A stretch of 63,999 nt of DNA, filler included, from Porpidia crustulata (taxonomy: Eukaryota): NCBI GenBank assembly GCA_964255105.1. It is 9 parts of 9 records of this genome, joined end to end, with 100 filler letters (N's around TTAATTAATTAA, not from the genome) between each part and the next. Parts side by side here need not be neighbours in the genome. Positions count along the whole stretch, not along the records: positions 50,432 to 57,514 come from CAXUWE010001400.1; positions 57,615 to 63,999 come from CAXUWE010001559.1; 7 more parts are not named here. One strand, given 5' to 3'. This document shows, piece by piece, positions 52,792 to 62,689 of this stretch. Each line of letters starts with the position of its first letter. Position 1 is the first letter of the stretch. The notes beneath the pieces are model-generated. The model was given only the letters and a program-made list of their open reading frames with translations, searched no databases and was not told the origin of the DNA. The translations under genes were made by a program, and so were the position numbers.

Positions 52792-52980
52792 TAACGAGTC
52801 CACCAAATTCCATTCTGGCTCCCTTCAAAACTCTACCGGAACAGCGGTTTTTGGAGGGTTTTGGGGGTGGTTTTCGGAAGGGCTCGGGGGTGAAGCTTTA
52901 CGGGGCTTTAGGGTAGAGTCATTCCCTAGGAGTTATATAACGGGTACGGAGTACCCTAGGGGAGGTGGATTATTAATCAC

Positions 52981-53040
52981 CACCTGCATCATCCTCTCGA
53001 CTTCACCTACATCTTCCTATCGACTTCACCTGCAACATCT
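52981..53040. repeat. 23-bp minisatellite, about 2.5 copies, upstream of the phosphoesterase
   Basis: cacctgcatcatcctctcgactt / cacctacatcttcctatcgactt / cacctgcaacatct. Confidence 0.7.
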
Positions 53041-53095
53041 CTATTAAAAATCCAGCATGGCACAGTGATCATCAGCTACTCAACCGCCTAGCTTC

Positions 53096-54085
53096 ATGGA
53101 ATTTACGACAGAGTCGGGTTTTGTCAAGACTCGATTTTTCATCCTCTCCGACACCCACGGAATAGATTTCGAGGAAGAAGAAAGGTGCTCCCAACATGCT
53201 GATGTAGCTATCCACTGTGGCGATCTTACTGAAGAATCTAAATTAGAGGAATGCCGAGCCATTTTACGACTACTCATGGACATCGAAGCACCACTTAAAT
53301 TAGTCATCGCGGGGAATCATGATTTCACAATGGACATATCTGCTTTCAGGGAAAAAGTCGCTCAAGCTCGGCCACCTTTAGATCCTGACCTTGTCAGGAA
53401 AGTGTACGGTGATTATGGAGAAGCGAGGCAGCTTTTTGAGAATGCAAGATCTGCTGGTATATTTTTCCTTGATGAAGGAAGTTACCAATTTGCCCTGAAG
53501 AACGGTGCAACACTAGCCGTTTACGCCAGTCCATATATACCATCGTTAGGTGATTGGGGGTTTCAGTATCACCCAAGTCAAGGCCATGACTTTGAAATTT
53601 TGAAAGGAGTTGACCTAGTGATGACTCATGGACCACCAAGGGGTATCATGGACTATACTGAATCCAAACAGAGGGCTGGATGTCCAGATCTATTCGGAGC
53701 TATTGCTCGAGCTCGACCACGATTGCACTGCTTTGGGCATATTCATGAGGGCTGGGGCGCTAAAATGGTCACCTGGCGCGAACAGCTTACGGAGAAACCA
53801 TCACATTTTACAGATATCGATAACGATAAGTCTACTATCATAGAGAAACTGTCGGGGTTTAAACATTCTAAATTTGACCCACCGGAATCCAAGGAGAAGA
53901 AGTCAAAGAAAGAACAGTATCGTCGGCAGCAACGATGTTATGCCACCACACACTGCATTGGAGATGCAAATCCTCTCGAATACGGGGCGCAAACGCTTTT
54001 CATTAATGCAGCAATCCAAGGTACCGAGGAAAACTCTTTGCAGCTGCCATGGCTTGTAGAACTCCAGCTTCCAAAGGCCGCTTGA
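53096..54085 (+). CDS. Calcineurin-like metallophosphoesterase (MPPED/239FB-like), intronless
   Basis: All five motifs are present: LSDTH, HCGDLT, IAGNHD, MTHGPP and HCFGHIHE. Confidence 0.9.
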   Translation: MEFTTESGFVKTRFFILSDTHGIDFEEEERCSQHADVAIHCGDLTEESKLEECRAILRLLMDIEAPLKLVIAGNHDFTMDISAFREKVAQARPPLDPDLVRKVYGDYGEARQLFENARSAGIFFLDEGSYQFALKNGATLAVYASPYIPSLGDWGFQYHPSQGHDFEILKGVDLVMTHGPPRGIMDYTESKQRAGCPDLFGAIARARPRLHCFGHIHEGWGAKMVTWREQLTEKPSHFTDIDNDKSTIIEKLSGFKHSKFDPPESKEKKSKKEQYRRQQRCYATTHCIGDANPLEYGAQTLFINAAIQGTEENSLQLPWLVELQLPKAA

Positions 54086-54730
54086 GCCTTACAATTCGAA
54101 GCTTTTACATTACCTCCCTCTTTTCAAGCCTACAATTGCCACCTAACTCCGACTTATTCGCCGGTTGCCAAATCCCTGAATGTTCAACAAAGGCAGAGTC
54201 TAGTTGGAACTCATCTACGCTGTTGCCAGCTCGAGAAAAAGACATCGCCAAGGAAGTTTTTGAAGTATGAACAGAAAATTTAAAAGTAGGTAGGATAGAG
54301 ACTACAAAAAATACATGGTTTTGCCACTTAATTCTAGATGCATGGTCTGCTGGGCCGCTTGGGTGCTCTTTCCTGTCCTACTCTGCTCGATTGCTGCTCT
54401 GCTCTTGATAGCATGTTTGAATCTCATTGGAAGGAGCCTGCCAGGCAAGAATCGTTTTAGTTACATTGCCAGTTTCTTTTTGTCTTTTTCTCTTCTTCAG
54501 CATTGCATTTTAATTATTCAATGAGTATTTACTACTACTAGTAAATGATAATTTGTATACTTTCTTCTGTATCTCGTATGTACTCACAGCATCTGATCCT
54601 CGCCTGCTTAGAGGGAGTAATTGACTTCTTTCGTTAGCAAGCGATCCAACACGCCCCAGACCGCCTCAGCTTCAATCTCCAGCCTCCAGCTTCTTCCCGG
54701 TCGAACCGCTTCGTCTAGAACCTCCGAAAC

Positions 54731-55336
54731 ATGCCGAAGTCCCATCTCACTATCACTGCACCACTGCGAGGGGCGCTCATTGAGTGCTTCCGAGCGGTCA
54801 CCCGCCTAGTCCGGTCTGATCGGCGCCGTCAACTCATTTTAGTTGGCGGTGCTGCCAGCATTGCCCACTCCTCGGTCTTTTGGACTGAGGACGTGGATGT
54901 TGCAGCCCCTCCCGCCTGTATAATTGACATCTGGGAGGGTGTTCAGAACGGCGCCCCTAGCTTTAGTTTAGAATCCGATGGCAAGATCGCGTTGGACGCT
55001 CCGCAAGGCTTCCGAGTCCGTTTAGACGTCATTCAGATCGGCGGCGGATGCGTCGAACGGATCCACGTAGCGGAACCCTTCTATGAGGGGTCCGTTGCGT
55101 CCATGTCGGACTTGCTAAGGTTAAGGGCCGTGACGGTGGTTGATTGTGGGAGTGATGGCGAGATGGATGACTTTCGATGGCTGTTGTCGGAGGTGGCGAA
55201 AGCGGGTCAAATTCTTCCCGGCTTAAATCAAGAAGAGCTGGAGGTTGTGACCCAAGCTGGGGTTTCTTGTTTGGGGGTGTTGAATCGCTTGGTACCTTTC
55301 GCTCTTTTAAGCATTGAAAATTTTAATAAAAAATAA
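54731..55336 (+). CDS. Putative Pol-beta-fold nucleotidyltransferase (AbiEii/DUF1814-like), intronless
   Basis: LVGG-x13-DVDV fits hG[GS]x9-13Dh[DE]h. A third Asp lies in RVRLDVI, followed by a helical C-terminal half (DLLRLRA..DDFRWLL). Confidence 0.6.
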   Translation: MPKSHLTITAPLRGALIECFRAVTRLVRSDRRRQLILVGGAASIAHSSVFWTEDVDVAAPPACIIDIWEGVQNGAPSFSLESDGKIALDAPQGFRVRLDVIQIGGGCVERIHVAEPFYEGSVASMSDLLRLRAVTVVDCGSDGEMDDFRWLLSEVAKAGQILPGLNQEELEVVTQAGVSCLGVLNRLVPFALLSIENFNKK

Positions 55337-55355
55337 AATAAAAAAAACCCCCCCA

Positions 55356-55722
55356 AAAAAAGGAGGACAAAGTAAAAAAAGGCCTTCTCTGGGCCAGCGA
55401 TGAACGGATTCATGTGGTTGGACGTAGAACTCGCAAGAAATCCCAAGCAAGGGGGCCAAACCATGGGAAGTTCTTCAGCGGGCTGCTTCATCGCCAATCA
55501 CGCTCGACAGAAACAACCTCGAACGCCCAACACATCGAGGACTGAGACGCATTCCCAACTTCATGAGATACTGGATCGGACAAGGATTAGAGAATGCCTC
55601 GGCTTGGGTGAAAGATGCCGTCGCTTGGCTTATCCCCAAACCAGATGTCTGAATGCGGAAGTCTACGATCAAGACGGAAAAAAGGAGGACAAAGTAAAAA
55701 AGGGCTTTTTCTGGACCTGCAT
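55356..55722 (+). repeat. Pair of ~43-bp direct repeats flanking ~280 bp
   Basis: aaaaaggaggacaaagtaaaaaaaggccttctctgggccagc (~55358-55399) and aaaaaggaggacaaagtaaaaaagggctttttctggacctgc (~55679-55720). Confidence 0.75.
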
Positions 55723-58428
55723 CTAATCGCATAGCGTGAGCGAGTGCCACAACCTATTGCCCAGGGACACGATCTCCGACTTCCAGACTCATGATTACAG
55801 TCACTTGGCTGCGGCTAGCGGACAGATCCAACATATCGAAGATCGACTAAGGCCATGGACTGGTATCCCTAGGGGAATAACTTCTCAGCCTCGAACCGTG
55901 TGGTCTGCAGTCTACTACTGCTGATTATTATGGAGAAAATCTTCTAGAGGAAAACGGAACGCTGTATAAAACAATGATGAAGGCAAATTGGGGCGTGGGA
56001 AACGCTTTGAAAGGTGATTCACGGATGGAAAGCAGGTTGATTCCTTGTTCATGTGTGGCGAGTGTGCAGGAATCTCTATATGATGTCAAAATCAATGACG
56101 GCACGGAACAAGCCCTGGCAAAGCGTCCCCAAAAACACAGGATCATGGACGACCTGACATTTCGCCGGGACAGATACCACAATTTTCGAGTCTGCACATC
56201 GGGGCCACGTTGCATAAGAATTTCGTTTGTCAGAGAGACTTTGTTGACCTGGAGATCGACTCGCTCTCGCACTAGGCCCTTTATTCTCTCTAAACTACTT
56301 GTTGTCGGTTTGTCGTTCCGAGGGGCTCACCGAGCCGTTCAATTGGTAGTAGCCACGAGCCGTGTATACAGGTCCGCAACTCTTCCTGCGAGGGACTATC
56401 GATACTAGAATAGATCCTACTGGGAAAGGGATTTTTTTTCGCTCAGAATGCAGACTACAACCTTGCACCAACGAAATCATCCGTTTGATTCTAATGAATA
56501 CAATACTATGGGCGATAAACAAGATCTTTTGGCATCGGCGGCAGTCGTTATTGGATACGTTGATTCTGAAGAAAGCATGGGAGCGGATCTTCAGATTACC
56601 TAATGATATAGGACTTGTCACGACCTAAATGACTGAATAACGGATTGGCCGAGAGACGGAATGGCTGAGTGACTGAATGGACCAACGATTGAATGGCTCA
56701 ATGACTTTGCGTATGATAGATATGGTGTACGGGAGATTTGCGAGTGGCATGATTAATGACTGCCACGAATATAGTGTTGGAGAATCACGCCAAAAATCGT
56801 ATCTTGCAGCCTCTTAGGAGATTTTCTACGCAGTTGAGATTACACCCATGTCGGCACAGAAGGGGATCCCGTTCGTGTCTGAATAGAATTTTACGAAAAG
56901 GGGCTTTCAGGAGTTTTGAAAGTTTGAGACTTGAATTCAGGATAACGAATTTCCAATAGTGGTTGCGGTATTTTGTTATACATGTGAAGGTGGTGTACCA
57001 GAAATTGCAATCAAATGCAATAGAAGGCCTCACACCTTACTTTGAAAAGAACCTTTGGGCCCGTTTGAATGTCGAAAGTCGACGACGCTCGTCCCTCAGC
57101 CATAGCTGGCTCCCAGGAATCTGCAAAGGGCGCCTGCCCCTCCTTCCTTCCCCCCCCCCATCTATACACTCAGCTGTCTTCTTGACAGCCACTTTGATCC
57201 TAGAAGAGATAGGACAGATGGTGAAGCATCGATCTAGCATCCTTGCAACTTGATGTATTATGGTTAAAAAGTTAACTTTTGGGAGTTCCTTTGGGGGAAG
57301 CTTTTGAGGAGATAGCTTTAGGGGACTTTAAGGATAAAGTGTATAGAAATTGAAACAGTGGGTGGACGGATCACTCCTTTAATTCTATAAACGTTTTAAA
57401 ATCCAAAATCCGGTCACTGTGGAGCTGAGTGCTTTGCTTAGTCATAAATTGCTATTTAACTAACGTAATCTACCCCCTACTTAGCCAAACCCTCTAGTTG
57501 GCCAGCGCCCTACCNNNNNNNNNNNNNNNNNNNNNNNNNNNNNNNNNNNNNNNNNNNNTTAATTAATTAANNNNNNNNNNNNNNNNNNNNNNNNNNNNNN
57601 NNNNNNNNNNNNNNCGGGTTTGGGGTGTGCACGGGACCGGAACGTGCACGGGCCCGGGAATACTCCTACCTATGTGCCACCCTGCCACCTAACCACACGG
57701 GAATCCAAAAAATCTACACTCGATCTCTATGAATACAAATCAGATTTAATGATTTTTAGAGAAGATCCTTCGATGATTCTACGTAATCTGACAGATGTGT
57801 CGTTCCATCTCGTTCATCATCAGTTGACTTTGTAGCGTTCAGATGATGTGTTCTACAGATACAGTAGTAAATTTGGTGAGTATCGACTTTTGCGGTATGG
57901 AGTTTTCTGCCCCCAGCGTGCCTATGTGCCTGACCCGGTGCTCGTACTCCCGTCCCGATATCGGGCTTTCTGTAACTCATGTGACCGCGCTTTTCATACG
58001 GTAATTTTTGGGAAAAGCAGCTTCTGACTAGTCAAGAATGCATCGAAAGGAAAATAAAAGAATCTTTATGTACAAGAAATCTGTCTTCGTTGCATTTGAG
58101 GAAAAGCAATATGAATTGATGGGAATCACCCCCAAGGTGACTGGCTTTTCCTCTGGGTTCCGGTTGCATTTCCCTGGATTGTCGGGTAGACTACCTAGGG
58201 TGGAAGCAGCACGTCCAAGGTGATCGATCAACCGATGAGTCAGTGTGAAAACTTTGAGTGGTGGAGCAATATGATTTCTTCACAGGTCCCTCTATTTTTT
58301 CTGCTTCTTTTCCTTCTTCTTCTCTTCTTCAATTCACCGCATTTTAGAAGGCCGGTCTCAGATCACCCCAACCCCATCCATTCTCTCCAGCCTTCTTCAT
58401 CAAGATACAGAATAGCACAGAGAAGGCA

Positions 58429-59583
58429 ATGGCACGGACAACACTTCATTTGCGGTCCGAAACCAAGTATCTGGAGCGTCGCATACCGCGTAAGTCAACC
58501 GCCTCACTCGTGACTCCGTACTGTTCGAGCTCTGAAATATGTACAGTGACTCCTACCACCACTAAAAACCTTATAGATTCAGGATACATCATCAACGTTG
58601 AAAAGAGCACCGGACGCGTTTTCAGGGACGAAGAGTACGAGGCTGCAGGAGCAAAACTAGTTCCGGAGGGCACATAGGCTAGTGCACCGAAGGATCACAT
58701 CATTGTGGGTCTAAAGGAGCTTCCTCAAGATGATGGTAAGTCAATTTCCCCCAGCCTACTAGTTCTCAAGCTGATCCTGATCCTCTAACAAGCTCCTCTC
58801 GAACATGACCATATCCAATTCGGCCATTGCTACAAGGGACAGGAAAATTGGGACCGTTACCTTTCTCGTTTTGCTCGTGGAGGCGGTGTGCTGTATGATA
58901 TCGAGTTCCTGACCGATTCTTCAGGAAGGCGTGTCGCTGCATTCGGATACTATGCTGGCTTTGCCGGCGCTGCGATTGCACTTCTATCCTGGGCCCACCA
59001 GCTGACTAACCCGAAGATTCCTCTTTCCTCTGTAATTCCCTCGGATTACCCTTCCCAATCCGATTGGAGAAAGCTATCAAGGACGCGCTCTCGTATGCGA
59101 TTCTCCTCAACGCCTCTCGACCTCCCCGCGTGATTGTCATCGGTGCGCTCGGTCGCTGCGGTACCGGGGCCGTTCTCTGAGATTGCCGCCTCAGATGTCT
59201 TCATCAACTGCATCTATCTTAGCCAAACGATTCCTCCATTCCTCAAAATTGAATCGTTGTCGAAGCCCGGTCGCAAACTTCGCGTGATCAGCGACGTTAG
59301 CTGCGACCCCGGCGACCCCAACAACCCGATCCCGCTATACCACGAATACAGTACCTCCGTCAAGCCCACACTTCCTGTCGACTTGAGCGGTGACGGTCCG
59401 GACTTGACAATGATCAGCATTGATCATTTGCCGAGTCTGGTGGCCAGAGAAGCGAGCGAGCATTTTTCCAGTCTGCTTTTACCGAGCCTAAAAACGTTGA
59501 ACAGACGGAACCAGGCAGGTGTTTGGGTGCGCGCCGAAAACGTCTTCCGAGGGAAGGTAAATGAGCTGCCAAACGCAAAATGA
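58429..59583 (+). pseudogene. LYS1: Saccharopine dehydrogenase (NAD+, L-lysine-forming) pseudogene
   Basis: [57 protein letters not shown] and IDHLPSL..REASE are all present. Lesions: TAG at 58675, a -1 frameshift near 59064, and a frameshifting deletion at 59166-59174. Confidence 0.9.
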
Positions 59584-60881
59584 GCTGTTTAATTGAGCAA
59601 TAAACGCCGTTCGGAAGAGTAAATCCAATTTTGGTACGCGTTCCTCTCATTTTGAGTAAGGTACAGGTTTTGTTGTTCTGGAAAAGTCCTATCTAGCAAC
59701 CCACGAGTTCGAATTCGGCTCGCCTTTTCTGACCTCCTTTAGACTCCGAAACTGGAGATACATTTAGACGAATCTCTTGGCGAACGAAACACGACAGGGA
59801 GTCGCGAGAGGATTCTAGAGGCCCCATTCGAAAAGGAATCTATGAGGCCTACATTGAATAACTCGCGGAGTGTATGCTTTGATGCTGCCACGATTGGACG
59901 GCTCAGGATGCAGACCCCGAGTGCAACATCGATAGCGGCGGTCGCGGAATTTGCGTAAAAAGAAAGTGTCTGCCGCGGTTTTCCAATCCTATCTAGTTCG
60001 ACTTTACTCCAGGAAACGGAGGTGCAGTAGAAACATCGAGGTAACCCGTCACTGCGGTTGCGCAAAGGTTGAGAATTCTATACCTAGTATGCTGCTACGC
60101 TTAGTAGCAAGGATCGAAGACAAGGCTGACGGAGTGAACGACTGTTTGTTCTGATGAACGTAAACAGATAAAGCCATCTTTATTTTATTCTTCGACTTTG
60201 AACTTTACAGCTACTATGTAATACTCACCATTCATCACTCACCAAGCACAAGGCTTTGCATCAATCTAGGCTGGCCTTGGATGGTATGGAATTCATTCAA
60301 TGCCTGCTTTCGTCCTCATCTACTTTCACTTCGTTGACGGTCAGTAATTTTATACACACAACTCAATTCCAGATACCTTGCTTTCCTTTTTTGCTGCTAT
60401 AGCCCGAGATTGTACTCGTTACACACCGTCTTTAAATACTCGCGTTATTGGGAGCCCAGAAACGGATCTTTCGCTTGGTGGCGTCGCGGCTGAACCGAGC
60501 TAGCGTGCTGACATCCCCTGGTTTTCGGTTAAATGTCAATTTTGCAGTCTCATGGCTTGTGAGGCTGAAGCTTGCTTGAATAGAACCCTCTCAATCTGCT
60601 CTAACCTGGAATTACCTCACTCGTATCATGCATGTTCGCTTCGCGTCAATATTCCACATTAGACATCAACAAGAGTATTCGTCGAAAACAAATGGACTGG
60701 CATCGTATCTGCAAGCCACACACCTTGACCATTCTGACTCGCCATTAAAAAAGTGCCGTCTCAGCCGATATGTATCAGTATAAATGTATGACTATCGTCC
60801 TGTCGGTCATCGCACTGACCCTCTTCAGAGCCTTGCGCGAAACAGAACCTTTTGTTGGACCGTGGACTCTCTTTACTCGCA

Positions 60882-61670
60882 ATGGGTGCTTGGATCTTCG
60901 CTTCTCTCGCATTTTGCTTGTTGCAAAATGTTGCTGGCCTCGGAGTGGATCTACAAAAACGAACAGGGTGCAACCAAGACAACTGCCTCCGGGCCCTCGA
61001 GCACAACGGTGCTCAGGCATCGAGCTTTTGTGTTGATATCCTAGACAATCTTTTTACCCCGTAAGCTATCAATACCATTCACAAATTGCAACATTACGCT
61101 TTTCATCGGAATTAATCGATGAGTGTGCTAGGACGGTTTCGTTCACCCATCCGTGCACGGAAAACCCAACAGCCGTCACCACCGCGTGTTCATGCTTGCT
61201 AGCCCAAACCCCTACAGTAAGCCATGCACAGCATTCTTTCTCATAGAAGAAAGAGAATATCTGATCGGTCGTGATCTGACATTATTCACAAGCCGACCCC
61301 GACCCCGACTCCCCCAACTTACCCACAGTGCAGCGCATCCAATAACTACGGCTATGTGCTGAATGGCGGGGATTTTGGATCCAAAAGTACCATTGTGTTT
61401 TTCGATTTCTCTTACGTCGCCAAGCGTGGAGATTGCTGTAACCGCTGCTTCAACTATCCCGGCTGCTATTCATATCACGAGGGTACACAAGGCCCAGGAA
61501 CCTATTTCTGTGAAATCGGCTTCATCAATCAAGGCCGGCAACCTCTAGGCCCGAACGTGAGTCCCACATGCCCGCAAGGAACATATTATTGGCCTGAAGC
61601 CGGTACTGCGGTGTACGTACCGCCTGCGTCTGAGGGAGCGGGTCTCGGGCCCTGCGGGACTACGTCTTGA
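60882..61670 (+). CDS. Small secreted cysteine-rich protein (two introns)
   Basis: Signal peptide, KR site, CNQDNCLRAL..ASSFC..|..TACSCL, a PT linker, then a DCCNRC..GC..C..CPQG..GPC domain. Introns ~61061-61131 and ~61217-61292 keep the frame. Confidence 0.82.
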
Positions 61671-62689
61671 ATGGGAAGGAAACAGGAAATGGCAGCTCTG
61701 TCATCGAGCAAGTTGCAGGAGCTGTTTGAAACACGTTGGTTTGTTTTGGATGCCGTCCTGGGGGCAAGCTACATGAAAAACATAGTCTACTCATAGGAGT
61801 TCGAAAACTACATAGAGCGAGACTTGACACGAAAGTATCAAATATGTATGAGCTTCGGCCCAATCAAGTGCCCAAAAAGCATAACATTTATTTACCCTGC
61901 AAAAGCGGCACCATCAACCTGTTTTACCATGTAGAACGAAATCATCATGAGCGTGTAACTTGGGGTAGCCTAACGGCATAGCTTCTCTTCAAAGATATAC
62001 TCAAACTATAAATGGGTGCAGTGTTTTCTGCTGCGTTGTGTATATCAAGGTGTGAGCACTTGGAGTCAGTTGGGGATGTTCAAGGTTGCTGGTGGTTTGG
62101 ATGCGATATGCTGAAACGTCTTTTAATTGTTTCATAACACGTCAACAGTGTTGAGTTCTAAGATATTTCAATAATTAATCAATTTTCTAATCCCTAAACT
62201 TCTTTCGTGCGAAGATTTAAAATTAATGATTTAAAAAAGATTAAAATCTAACGTGAAAACTTATATAGACTAATATTACAATAACTGTTTGGAAAGTGCG
62301 GTAGGACGAAGGCCTAACCTCCTCATTATCTAGTCGGTGTGAATGGATGGATTGGATCTAGTGATAGGGCTTTGCCCTACCCCTGTCTTATGTGACCACC
62401 TGGCCACTCAACCTTCTAGTTCTATACGTAATTCAGTAGCAATACTACGACAGTCACCCTGCCTGTTCAACAATAACGCATATTTGGCAATATACAAAAT
62501 TTAATGTTTAAACGTATCATTCATACATTTAATTCTTGACGTCGTCTGAGAACTGGGGCAATTTTGACGCAGGCGACGCACACTAACTGTTCGGATCGGC
62601 TGCTGAGCGTATCGGATGGATTTTTATTACTGCAACAAAGGCACTTCGCCTCTTGCCTCGTGTTTGTTTGGAGACCAAAACTTGTAAGG

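Noticed and set aside
55928..57253. Cluster of 65-145 aa ORFs on both strands
   Set aside because: No motif is recognisable in any frame, and they cannot be distinguished from chance ORFs or old relics.
7163..57570. TTAATTAATTAA recurring about every 7.2 kb as a biological periodic repeat or CRISPR-like array
   Set aside because: It is always centred in 44+44 N, so it is a six-frame-stop assembly linker.
57615..57970. GTGCACGGG repeats and a loose inverted match near 57930-57965 as a transposon end
   Set aside because: The match is too degenerate and lies at a contig edge, with no TSD visible.
62100..62560. AT-rich stretch as a RIP-degraded transposon
   Set aside because: Plausible, but I see no TIR, LTR or coding remnant to support it.
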